DNA from: Planctomycetota bacterium
Lineage (GTDB): Bacteria; Planctomycetota; UBA1135; GCA-002686595
Assembly: GCA_044358925.1 (NCBI GenBank)
Contig: JBIKNC010000001.1
Span: forward strand, 5,797 to 69,796
Reading direction: 5' to 3'
DNA: 64,000 nt
Shown here: positions 47,477-56,704 of the stretch, one piece after another
Position numbering within the stretch: position 1 is the stretch's first letter
Layout: every line of letters begins with the position of its first letter
Notes under the pieces: model-generated
The model's input: only the letters and a program-made list of their open reading frames with translations
Database searches by the model: none
Told to the model about the DNA's origin: nothing
Translations under genes and position numbers: made by a program

Positions 47477-47643
47477 GGCGAGGAGGAGCGTCGAGGGCCG
47501 TCGCGCGGCGCCTCGTGGGGCGAGCGTAACCGCCCGCGCCCCGCGCCGTGCTCACTCGACCGGGCCGCGACGCCGCGCGTGCGCCCTTCTTCCGCGCTAC
47601 GGCTCGCCGCGGCGCCGCCTTGCGCGTGGCGCTGCGGCTCCGT

Positions 47644-49248
47644 TCAGCGCCCGCCCATGCGCAACTGGGGGCCGCCGCGGCCGCGCGACTGGAAGCCGCG
47701 CAGGGCCAGCATGAGTTCGTCCGGCTTGTCGCTGGCCGCCATCGCCGGCCCGATCTCGACCAGGCCCGACTCGATCAGCCGCAGGAGCGAACCGTTGAAG
47801 CTGATCATCCCGTCCTCGACACCCTGGTCGACGGCGGTCGCGAGTTCCGGGATGCGCCCCTCGGCGATCAGCTCGCGCACGTAAGGCGTGGCTTGCATGA
47901 GTTCGATCGCCGGCACCATGCCCTGGCCGCTCGAATTCGGCAGCAGGCGCTGGCTCAGCACCGCGGTCAGCGTGTCGCCGAGGCGAGCGCGCACCTGCGC
48001 ATGTTGGTGCGACGGGAAGAAGCTGACGATGCGTTCGATCGTCTGCGCCGAGTTCACGGTGTGCAGCGTGCTCATCACGAAGTGGCCGGTCTCGGTCGCG
48101 TCGAGCGCCGCGCGCACCGTCTCCGCGTCGCGCATCTCACCGATCAGGATCACGTCCGGGCTCTGACGCAGCGCGTGGCGCAAACCGTCGGAGAAGTTCG
48201 TGACGTCGGTGCCGACCTCGCGCTGGCTGATGACGCACTTCTTCTCCTTGAAGAGCATCTCGACCGGGTCTTCGAGCGTGATGACGTGCCGCTCGGCGGT
48301 TTCGTTGAGGTACTGGATCATCGCGGCGAGCGTCGTCGACTTGCCCGAACCCGCGACGCCCGTCACGAGCATGATCCCGCGCTTGCGCAACGAGAGTTCC
48401 TGGAGCTGCGCCGTCGGCAGGCACAAGTCGTCGAGCACCGGCGGCTCGTCGTTGATGCGGCGCAGCACGATCGCGGGCTCGCCCATCTGCCGGTAGGCGT
48501 TGATGCGGAAGCGGCCGAGGCCGTCGAGTTGCAGCGCGGAGTCGGCGGCGCCGCTCGTGAGGTACTCCTCGAAGCGCTTGGGCCCGAGGATGCCCTCGAG
48601 CACTTCGCGCATCGGACCGGCGTGCGGCACCGAGCCGTCGAGTTGCACGATGCGACCGGCGATGCGGCACGCGGGTCGACCGCCGGAGCGCAGGATCAAG
48701 TCGCTGGCTTCGCGCTTCACCATCACCGCGAGCCACTGTTCGAGTTGATGGCGCGGCGAGATGCGCGGCGCGCTGTCGCCGACTTCGACGCGCTCGTCGG
48801 CCCCGTGCACTTGCTGCGCTTCGCTCGCGATCGCCTCGCCGACGTCGGTGCGCAGGAGCGGCGCGACGGGTCCGCGCGTATCACCGTTGCTCGCGAGGGT
48901 GTCGGTCTCGTCGATCGCGACGAGTTCGGGATCGCCGAGTGCCTGATCGAGCGCGGAAGCGGTCGAATTCGCGAGCGTCGTCGCCGGCACGCCGACGTGC
49001 GGCGCACCCAGCGGCGGTGGCACCGGCGCGGGACCCTCGTTCGCGCGCAGTCCCTGCGCCGCGGCGCGCAAAGGCGTGATGGGCTGGCGCGCCGAAGCAC
49101 TCGTCCAGCCCGAGGCCGGCGCGCTGGCCGGTTCCGGGTGCGCCGGCTTCTTCTTCGCGGCCGCGCCGTCCGTCCGATCGTCGTCGTGGAGCGAGAAGCG
49201 GATCGTGCGTCGTTCGGGGCCTTGGCCGGCGCGCTGGTCGGGCTGCAT
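47644..49248 (-). CDS. pilU: PilT/PilU family ATPase with long N-terminal extension
   Basis: ASDL.L, GRFRINAY.Q, GVAGSGKSTTLA, TLEDPVE, QREVGTD, LRQSPD, TGH.V.STLHT. Confidence 0.8.
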   Translation of the reverse strand: MQPDQRAGQGPERRTIRFSLHDDDRTDGAAAKKKPAHPEPASAPASGWTSASARQPITPLRAAAQGLRANEGPAPVPPPLGAPHVGVPATTLANSTASALDQALGDPELVAIDETDTLASNGDTRGPVAPLLRTDVGEAIASEAQQVHGADERVEVGDSAPRISPRHQLEQWLAVMVKREASDLILRSGGRPACRIAGRIVQLDGSVPHAGPMREVLEGILGPKRFEEYLTSGAADSALQLDGLGRFRINAYRQMGEPAIVLRRINDEPPVLDDLCLPTAQLQELSLRKRGIMLVTGVAGSGKSTTLAAMIQYLNETAERHVITLEDPVEMLFKEKKCVISQREVGTDVTNFSDGLRHALRQSPDVILIGEMRDAETVRAALDATETGHFVMSTLHTVNSAQTIERIVSFFPSHQHAQVRARLGDTLTAVLSQRLLPNSSGQGMVPAIELMQATPYVRELIAEGRIPELATAVDQGVEDGMISFNGSLLRLIESGLVEIGPAMAASDKPDELMLALRGFQSRGRGGPQLRMGGR

Positions 49249-49401
49249 GCCCACGGCTTCGACGCGCCGCTCGGGCCGTCTTGAGCCGACCTCGCCGCCT
49301 CCGCGGGCGCGCCCCCTGCTGCCGCGATCGCCGAGCGTCCGCGGGGCCGCGCCGACCGAGCGCGCCGACCGAGCGCGCGGGCACACCAGCCCGTGGCCGG
49401 A

Positions 49402-50415
49402 TCAGGCCGTCGGCAGGGCGCGGCCTTCGGCCTCGAGCACCAGGCGGTGCAGGTGGGTGACGAGGTCCGCGACGCCGCGACGCGTGTGCGAGGAGATGCA
49501 GTGCACCGTGCGGCGCAGGTTCTCGGCGAGGCGTGCGGCGCGCTGCTCCGATTCCTCGTCCTCGACCTTCGTCGCGGCGACGACGAACGGTCGGCGCGCG
49601 AGGCCTTCGTCGTAGCGTTCGAGTTCACCGCGCAGCACGGCGAAGGCCTCCTCGGGCGCCATGTCGGCGCCGCTCGACACGTCGAGCAGCACGAGCAACA
49701 CACGGCAGCGCTCGACGTGCTTCAGGAAGCGGTGCCCGAGGCCGTGACCCTCTGCGGCGCCTTCGATGAGACCGGGCAGGTCGGCGACCACGAGCGTGTC
49801 GTACGTGCCGACTTCCGCGACGCCCACGTGCGGGTGCAGCGTCGTGAATGGATAGTTGGCGATCTTCGGCGTGGCGCGCGAGATCGACGCGAGGAACGTG
49901 CTCTTGCCCGCATTCGGCAGTCCGACGAGCCCGACCTGTGCGAAGAGCTTGAGTTCGAGGCGCAGCTCGCGATGCTCCCCCGCCTCGCCCGGCTCGGTTT
50001 CGCGCGGAGCTTGCTTGACGGCCGTCACGAACGACGCGTTGCCGCGCCCGCCGCGTCCGCCGCGCGCCACTTCGAGTCGATCGCCGTCGTGCGCGAGGTC
50101 GCCGAGCAGGTTGCCGCGCTTCTTGTCGTAGACCTGCGTGCCGGTCGGCACTTCGACGACGAGGTCTTCGCCACCGCGCCCGCTCTTGTTCGACGTGCCA
50201 CCTGGCTGGCCGTTTTGCGCCTGGTACTTCGGTCGGCGCGCGATCTTGAGGAGCGAGTTCATGTGGCCGCTGGCCACGAAGAAGATGCTCCCGCCGCGCC
50301 CGCCTTCGCCGCCGTCCGGGCCGCCGAACGCCACGAACTTCTCGCGCCAAAACGACAACGCTCCGTCGCCGCCCTTGCCGGCGTGGACTTGCACTTCACA
50401 CTCGTCGACGAACAT
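49402..50415 (-). CDS. obgE: GTPase ObgE/CgtA
   Basis: MFVDE..V..GKGGDG, GGPDGGEGG, GLPNAGKST, PKIANYPFTTL, DLPGLIEGA, GLGHRFLKHVERC. Confidence 0.95.
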   Translation of the reverse strand: MFVDECEVQVHAGKGGDGALSFWREKFVAFGGPDGGEGGRGGSIFFVASGHMNSLLKIARRPKYQAQNGQPGGTSNKSGRGGEDLVVEVPTGTQVYDKKRGNLLGDLAHDGDRLEVARGGRGGRGNASFVTAVKQAPRETEPGEAGEHRELRLELKLFAQVGLVGLPNAGKSTFLASISRATPKIANYPFTTLHPHVGVAEVGTYDTLVVADLPGLIEGAAEGHGLGHRFLKHVERCRVLLVLLDVSSGADMAPEEAFAVLRGELERYDEGLARRPFVVAATKVEDEESEQRAARLAENLRRTVHCISSHTRRGVADLVTHLHRLVLEAEGRALPTA

Positions 50416-50552
50416 GACCGAAAGACCTCGAGCAGCGTCGCTCACGCGCGGCTGCACGGTGCGCCGCGCGCACCGAGTTTGGACACACCACCGCGACGGA
50501 GCGCACGTGTGCGCTTCATTGACGCGAAGAAATGGGGTCCGAAGAAACGCGA

Positions 50553-50576
50553 CGAGCCGGCGCTTCGGCCGGCTCG
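50553..50576 (-). terminator. Terminator or attenuator hairpin between rpmA and obgE
   Basis: CGAGCCGGC-gcttcg-GCCGGCTCG with T-rich tail on the minus strand. Confidence 0.55.
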
Positions 50577-50663
50577 CATTCTCCCGTTCGGGTGTCCGCT
50601 CGGGCTTCGATCGACGCGCCGAGCACGATCCTCACCCCTGGGGCGGATCGCGCCTGCGTGCGA

Positions 50664-50909
50664 TCACTGCGCCGAGTCGACGAACACGCGCCGGCCGGTG
50701 CCGAAACGCACGGTCCCTTCGACCAGCGAGTAGAGGGTGAAATCCTTGCCTTGGCCGACGTTTCGGCCGGCGCGGAAGACGGTGCCGCACTGACGCACGA
50801 TGATCGTGCCGGCGGTGACGGCTTGGCCGCCGTAGCGCTTCACGCCGCGGAACTGCGGGTTGGAGTCGCGACCGTTGCGGGTGGAGCCTTGTCCTTTCTT
50901 GTGTGCCAT
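50664..50909 (-). CDS. rpmA: 50S ribosomal protein L27
   Basis: [30 protein letters not shown]. Confidence 0.97.
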   Translation of the reverse strand: MAHKKGQGSTRNGRDSNPQFRGVKRYGGQAVTAGTIIVRQCGTVFRAGRNVGQGKDFTLYSLVEGTVRFGTGRRVFVDSAQ

Positions 50910-50955
50910 GGCTTCGTTTGTTCTCGCGTGTTCGTTCGGCGGCTGTGTCGAGAGA

Positions 50956-51267
50956 TCAGCCGTTGATGGCGGTGACCTTGATGCGCGTCGACTTGGTGCG
51001 GTGGCCGTGCTTGACGCGGATGTTCTTGCGGCGGCGGTAGCGCAGCGAGATGACCTTCTTGCCCTTGACGGTGTCGAGCACTTCGGCCGTGACCGAGGCG
51101 CCTTTCACGGTCGGCGTTCCGAGGCGCACGCCGCCTTCGCCGCCGACGAGCAGCACGCGATCGAACGTGATCTTCGAACCGGACTCGGCGCCGTTGAGGT
51201 CGAGGTCGACGATGTCGCCCACGCGCAGAGTGGTCTGACGGCCGCGGTCACTGATGATGGCGTACAC
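50956..51267 (-). CDS. rplU: 50S ribosomal protein L21
   Basis: MYAII...G.Q...VGD, G.P.V.GA.V.AEV, K.GHR. Confidence 0.95.
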   Translation of the reverse strand: MYAIISDRGRQTTLRVGDIVDLDLNGAESGSKITFDRVLLVGGEGGVRLGTPTVKGASVTAEVLDTVKGKKVISLRYRRRKNIRVKHGHRTKSTRIKVTAING

Positions 51268-51407
51268 GGGAGTCCTCGAGAGTCGTGGGTCGTGATGGGA
51301 ACGTTCGCGGCGGCGCCTCACGGCGGTGCGCGACGTCGATTCGAAAACACACGCGGCGGCGCGGAGTCGGGGCCTCCGACAGGTGCGCTCGCCGCAGCGG
51401 GCCGAGG

Positions 51408-51436
51408 ATGGTAGCGGCGGACGAGGGCCGAGCCAA
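51408..51436 (-). promoter_or_regulatory. Putative sigma70 promoter of rplU-rpmA
   Basis: TTGGCT-N17-TACCAT on the minus strand. Confidence 0.5.
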
Positions 51437-51583
51437 GATGCTCGGTGCAACTCCGTCGCGGCACAGCCAGTTGACCGGCGGGCCGGGCGGGCGAGTCTGG
51501 GGCGGCGTCGGCGGCGCACCCCCCCCCACCGCCGACGACCTCGAAAGGTCCTCGCGCGGTGAGGGCGGGGCGCACGCCTCGGC

Positions 51584-54346
51584 TCAGCGCCGGCGGCGAC
51601 CGCCGGGGCGCACCTCGCGTCCGTCGGCGCGCAGGTAGTGGAACACGGAGTCCTCGTGCTGGTCCTCGGAGGTCGAGAACTCGAGCTCGCGGGCGCTCTT
51701 CTGCTCGAGCTCCATGACCTCCTTCCAGTCGTTCTTCTTGAGCCAGTCGAGCGTGTCCGGGTGGACCGAGATCTCGATCTTGGTGAAGCCCTTCTGGGTG
51801 AGCGCGGAGCCGAGGCGACGCAGCACGGCCTGAGCCTTGCTCTGCGCCGTGCGTCGGCGGCCCGTGCCGCGGCAGTACGAGCAGGCGTCGTACAGGAGCT
51901 TCGACAGCCCCGGTCCGAGGCGCTGGCGCGTCAGCTCGAGCAGACCGAACTGCGAGATGCGACCGACCTTGTTGCGGGCGCGATCCTCGTCGAGCTTCGC
52001 ACAGAAGGCCTTCTCGACCTTGCGGCGGCTGGCGGGCCGCATCATGTCGATGAAGTCGACGACGATGATGCCGCCGAGGTCGCGCAACTTGATCTGGCGC
52101 GCAATCTCGGGCACGGCCTCGAGGTTCGCCTTGAGAGCGATGTCCTCGAAGTCGGCGCCTTCGTCGCGCGTGCGGCCGGAGTTCACGTCGATCGCGACGA
52201 GAGCTTCGGTCTGATCGAACACGATCGAGCCGCCCGACGGCAGTTCGACGCGGCGCGAGAAGAGCTTCTCGAAGTCCGGCTCGATGCCGTGGGTGTGGAA
52301 GAGCGGCTTCGCGCCGTCGTGCAGTCGGATGCGGTCGAGATGCTCGGGCATGAGCTTCTCGGTGAACTCGCGCATCTCGTGATAGACCTTCTCGTCGTCG
52401 ACGATGACGGCCTGTGTGCGCGACGAGAACAAGTCGCGCATCGTGCGGATCGCGATCGCCGACTCCTGATAGAGCGGCGCCGGATTGCGGCCGAGGACGA
52501 GGTTCTTCGAGAACGACTCCCACACCTTCAAGAGGTAGTCGAGGTCGCGACGGATCTCTTCCTTCGTCTTGCCGACGCCGGCGGTGCGCACGATCACGCC
52601 CATGCCGGGCGGGATCTCGAGCGAGGTCAGGATGCGCTTCAAGCGCCGACGCTCGCGATCGTCTTCGATCTTGCGGCTCACGCCCGTCTTCTCGAGCGAA
52701 GGCATGAGCACCAGATAGCGCCCGGGGATCGAGATGAACGTCGTGAGCGTCGGGCCCTTGTCGCCGATCGCGTCCTTCGTGATCTGCGCGACGACCAGTT
52801 GGCCGCGCTTCAAGAGTTCCGAGATGTTCTTGCGCTTGCGCCCGCGCGGCCGTGCACGGCCACCGCGATCGCGGTCGCCGCCCTTGCGCTTGCCGTCGCC
52901 GTCTTCGAGCGAATCCGTCGGCGCGCGTGTGTCGCCTTCCCAGTCGTCGGTGTCCGTGCGCGCCGTCAGGAGCTTCTCGAGGCGCCACTCCTCGTCGCCG
53001 TAGATCGGCATGACGTCGGACGCGTGCAGGAAGCCGTTGCGGCCCTGACCGAAGTCGACGAACGCAGCCCCGATCGCGTCCTCGATGTTGACGACGCGCC
53101 CGCGGTAGATGTCGTTGACGTACGACGTGTGCTGCTCGACCGTCATCACGAGGTCGACGATGCGGCCGCTCTCCTCGACGACGACGCGCGTCTCCTCGGG
53201 ATCGACGGCGTTGACCAGGATGAGCTGGTCCCGCTCGACGGCCGCCTGCTCGCGCACCGAGCGTTCGAGCGCAGCGTCGTCCTCGTCCTCGCGCGCCTTC
53301 TTGCGGCGGCGGCTCGAAGTCGGACGTTCCTCGTCACTCGGTGCGGCGATGGCGTCGTCGACGGCGATCGGTGCCGCCGATTGGCGGCGCGGATCGACGT
53401 TGGCGAGATCGTCCTCTTCACCCGGGATCGCGTCGACCCACAGAGCACTGCTGCCCTGGCGACGGCGACCGCCGCGCCGACTCTTGCGGCCCTTCGCATC
53501 GCGATCCGCCGCCGCAGCCGAGCCGCCCGACGCAGCGCTCGGGCGCGAGCGCGTCGACGAGCGCGACCGCGTGCGAGCGGGCGCGTCGCCGTCGGTACGC
53601 GGCACTTCCTCGCCTTCGCGCCCCTTCTTGCGCCGCCGGCCGCCGCGGCTTCCGCGTCGCCGACGCTTGCGATCGGCGTCCGACCCATCGGCCCCGTCGA
53701 CGCGCTCCGCGGCCGGGCTCTCCGAACGCTCGCCGCCGTCTTCGTCCTGCTCGTCGTCGAAAGCGACGTCGTCGCCCTCGGCGTCGTGCGTGTGTGTGTC
53801 GACGCGCTCCGCGAGCGGGGCGCGAGCGGCCGTCGGCGCTTCAGGGCGCTCTTCTTCGGAGCGCCGCCGGCGACCGCGACCGCCGCGGCGACGGCGCGGA
53901 CGGGTTTCGCCGTCGCGCGGCGCTGCGGCATCGTTCTCGAGCGGTGCCTCGCCGCGCGGTTCGCCCGCATCGAGATCGAGGTCGACCTCGTCGTCGAACG
54001 GGAGCGGAGCTTCGACGGCATCGAGTGCCGCCACGGGCTCGGCCGAGCGACGGCGACTGCGACTGCGTCGCGACCGTCGTCGAACCGGGTCGGCGTCCGC
54101 CGCGCCTTCCGGCGCTGCGTCAGCCGACGCCGCACCCAGCGGTGCATCGCCATCGGCGTCGAAGGACTCTCCGAAGGGCTCGCTGGGAGAATCGTTGGAT
54201 TGGAAAGGATTGGAGTCGCCGAGTGCGTCGTCCCGCGCCGCATCGTGCGTCGCGAAGTCGTGACCGCCGCCGAAATCGGCGGAGGGCGCGGACTCGTCGC
54301 TCCCACCCCACGGGCCTTGCGGCCCGGAGTGAGGTTGATCGATCAT
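51584..54346 (-). CDS. rne: Ribonuclease E/G with long N-terminal disordered region
   Basis: IYRGRV.NI...AAFVDFG..RNGFLH, QITKD.IG.KGP.LTT, GRYLV, LPSGGSI..DQTEAL..IDVNSG, LRDLGGII..DFIDM, CSYC.G.G. Confidence 0.92.
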   Translation of the reverse strand: MIDQPHSGPQGPWGGSDESAPSADFGGGHDFATHDAARDDALGDSNPFQSNDSPSEPFGESFDADGDAPLGAASADAAPEGAADADPVRRRSRRSRSRRRSAEPVAALDAVEAPLPFDDEVDLDLDAGEPRGEAPLENDAAAPRDGETRPRRRRGGRGRRRRSEEERPEAPTAARAPLAERVDTHTHDAEGDDVAFDDEQDEDGGERSESPAAERVDGADGSDADRKRRRRGSRGGRRRKKGREGEEVPRTDGDAPARTRSRSSTRSRPSAASGGSAAAADRDAKGRKSRRGGRRRQGSSALWVDAIPGEEDDLANVDPRRQSAAPIAVDDAIAAPSDEERPTSSRRRKKAREDEDDAALERSVREQAAVERDQLILVNAVDPEETRVVVEESGRIVDLVMTVEQHTSYVNDIYRGRVVNIEDAIGAAFVDFGQGRNGFLHASDVMPIYGDEEWRLEKLLTARTDTDDWEGDTRAPTDSLEDGDGKRKGGDRDRGGRARPRGRKRKNISELLKRGQLVVAQITKDAIGDKGPTLTTFISIPGRYLVLMPSLEKTGVSRKIEDDRERRRLKRILTSLEIPPGMGVIVRTAGVGKTKEEIRRDLDYLLKVWESFSKNLVLGRNPAPLYQESAIAIRTMRDLFSSRTQAVIVDDEKVYHEMREFTEKLMPEHLDRIRLHDGAKPLFHTHGIEPDFEKLFSRRVELPSGGSIVFDQTEALVAIDVNSGRTRDEGADFEDIALKANLEAVPEIARQIKLRDLGGIIVVDFIDMMRPASRRKVEKAFCAKLDEDRARNKVGRISQFGLLELTRQRLGPGLSKLLYDACSYCRGTGRRRTAQSKAQAVLRRLGSALTQKGFTKIEISVHPDTLDWLKKNDWKEVMELEQKSARELEFSTSEDQHEDSVFHYLRADGREVRPGGRRRR

Positions 54347-54769
54347 GGTTGTGAAGAGCGATCGCGCGCGTGTGCGCAGCGATCGGCGCGCCCGCTCGGG
54401 CGCGTCTCTCAGGTTCGCGTTGGGTCCCACCCCGGCGGACCGCACCGAGCGACACGGGCGCGTTCGCATCCAGCGGGACGTAGGCCCGGCGGGACGGAGA
54501 CGACCGTGTGGCGCGGTGCGCGAACGGCCGCGTCGCGCGCGAGCACCACCCACACATCGGGATGGTCGGCTCGCAGCAGCGCGGGTGACGTTCGCACCGG
54601 GCGGGAGAGCTTGAGGTCGGCCGGCGCTCGGGCTCGCCCGGATCGCTCGACTGCACTCGGCCGCGACACACGTCGCGGTCAGCGGGCAGGATAGCCCGCT
54701 CGTCAGGGGATCTTGGCACAGCGAAGGCCCGCGGTGCCGATTCGGGTGCGGAAACTTCGCGGGCAAAGC

Positions 54770-54808
54770 GACGCGGGCCCGCTCCGGCGTCCGGAGCGGG
54801 CCCGCGTC
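54770..54808 (-). terminator. Terminator hairpin after pilQ
   Basis: GACGCGGGCCCGCTCCGG-cgt-CCGGAGCGGGCCCGCGTC, perfect 18-bp stem. Confidence 0.75.
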
Positions 54809-54818
54809 TCGCTCGAAA

Positions 54819-56663
54819 TCAGTCCTGCGCGAAGGTCGAGACGTCGACGTCGGTCGCCGGCGCCTGGAGCGGCTGCTCGCGCGACGGCATGCCCTCGTCA
54901 CCGAAGAGCAGCTTCTCGAGCTTCTCGGAGTACTCGCCCTTGCGGCGGTCGAGTTCGCGACGCAACAGGGCGTCGGAGTCGTTCGAGCTGCGGACGATCG
55001 TCGGCGTGACGAACACCATCAGCGTGCGGCGCTCCTTGGTCTCCTCCGTGTGCGAGAAGAGGTACTTGAGGAGCGGGATCGATCCGAGGATCGGCACCTT
55101 GGACTTCGTCTCGCGTTCCGAGTCGGTCGAGAGGCCGCCGATGACGGCCGTCTGACCCGACTCGAGCATCATCGAGGTCACGATCGTCGAGGAACGCACG
55201 CGCGGGAGCGCGATCGAACCTTCCGCGCCGCCGGCGCCGACCGTGAACACGTCGAAGCCCTCCGGTGCGAGGCTCGAGTCACCCGTGCCCGAGAGGCTGG
55301 TCTCCTTCGGGATCACTTCGAGCGTCATGTCGTTCGTGCCCGGGATCACGTTGCAGCGGATCAGGAGCTGGAAGCCGACGTCGACCGGCGACTCGTCCGC
55401 CTCCTGGACCGACAGGTTCAAGCCGCCGGCCTGACCCTGTTCGGTGCGCGCTTCCGCGTAGCGGATCGTCTCACCGACGAAGATCGTCGCGGCGCGGCCG
55501 TCGAGGGCGACGAGTTTCGGCGCCTGGACGACTTCGCTCTTCACGTCGCGCTGGATGGCGCGCAGCGTCGCGGCCAGCGTCGTGAAGTTGAGTGCACCGA
55601 AGACGGTGTTCGGCGACGTGACGCCGCCGGCGAAGCCGATGACGTCTTCGGCGAACGGTCCCTCGCCGGTGTCGCTCGCGAGCAGGCCGTCCTCCCAGCC
55701 GCCGCCGCCCATCTCGAACGGGAAGCTGATCGGGACCTGGCTGCCGCTCACCGAGGCGCGCGGACCGAAGTCACCGAAGTCGACGCCGAGGTCCCACAGG
55801 TCCGAGTTCGTCGTCGAGACGAACTTGACGTCGATGAAGATCTGAGCCGGCTCGATGTCGAGGCGCGCCACGACGTCCTTGATGTACGACTGCACCTGTT
55901 CGGTGTCGCGCACGATCAGAACGTTGCGTTCCTCGACGTAGTGCAGTTGGCCGTTCGCCGAGAGCGAGCGCCGCAGCGCTTCGATCACCGGGAAGTCCTC
56001 CTCCATGTTGCCGGTCGCCGGCTTGTACGAGCCCGCAGCGAACTCGCTGTTCATGACGGGCACGAACGTCGAACGCGGGCGCAGGTAGCGCAGTTGGTAG
56101 CTGCTGACCACCATCTGGTCCTCGAGCGACTTCGGATCGACGACGCGCAGGATGCCCCGGCGGTCCTCGACGACGACGAAGCCGAGTGTCTTGACGGCGA
56201 CTTCGAGCGCGTCGCGCCACGGCACCTTCGAGAGGCGCAGCGTGAGCGTGCCCGAGACCTCGGGCGCGACGACGATGTTCGCACCGCTGACGCGGCTGAT
56301 CGTGTCGATCACCTCGGTCAGGTTGGCGTTGACGAACGCGAACTCGACGCGCTCCGGGCGCGAGATGGCGAGCACCCCGGCGGTGCGCTCTTCCACGATG
56401 CAGCCCGCGCTCTCCGCGGCCAGCTCGAGGACTTCGCGCCACGGCACGTCCGTCAGGTTGAGCGAGATCGGAGTCTCGGCCTCCTGCAGGACGACGAGGT
56501 TCGCTCCGGAGCGTTCGCGGAGGAACTCCACGACCTCCTGGAGTTGCCGGCCGTCGACGCGAATCGAGACCCGCGCGTCGGGATCGGGCGCCTGCGCGTG
56601 TGCCGCGCCGGCGAAGGTGAGGATCGCTGCGAATGCAGCGATCGCGTAGCGGATCGAGTTCAT
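54819..56663 (-). CDS. pilQ: Secretin PilQ/GspD family (alternative start 56708)
   Basis: Signal peptide, two N0/STN-like domains (VPWR..LE), N3 domain, QIFIDVKF, AP.L..LDG..A.I.VG, SGQT.VIGGL, KVPILG.IP....LF. Confidence 0.9.
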   Translation of the reverse strand: MNSIRYAIAAFAAILTFAGAAHAQAPDPDARVSIRVDGRQLQEVVEFLRERSGANLVVLQEAETPISLNLTDVPWREVLELAAESAGCIVEERTAGVLAISRPERVEFAFVNANLTEVIDTISRVSGANIVVAPEVSGTLTLRLSKVPWRDALEVAVKTLGFVVVEDRRGILRVVDPKSLEDQMVVSSYQLRYLRPRSTFVPVMNSEFAAGSYKPATGNMEEDFPVIEALRRSLSANGQLHYVEERNVLIVRDTEQVQSYIKDVVARLDIEPAQIFIDVKFVSTTNSDLWDLGVDFGDFGPRASVSGSQVPISFPFEMGGGGWEDGLLASDTGEGPFAEDVIGFAGGVTSPNTVFGALNFTTLAATLRAIQRDVKSEVVQAPKLVALDGRAATIFVGETIRYAEARTEQGQAGGLNLSVQEADESPVDVGFQLLIRCNVIPGTNDMTLEVIPKETSLSGTGDSSLAPEGFDVFTVGAGGAEGSIALPRVRSSTIVTSMMLESGQTAVIGGLSTDSERETKSKVPILGSIPLLKYLFSHTEETKERRTLMVFVTPTIVRSSNDSDALLRRELDRRKGEYSEKLEKLLFGDEGMPSREQPLQAPATDVDVSTFAQD

Positions 56664-56704
56664 GGGAGGGAGATGGGTGCCTCGGAGGACCTTCCGGAGG
56701 TGGT

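Noticed and set aside
51506-51537. C9 homopolymer in a hairpin loop between rne and rplU as a phase-variation tract
   Set aside because: It lies upstream of the predicted promoter and outside any CDS. More likely part of the rne terminator hairpin.
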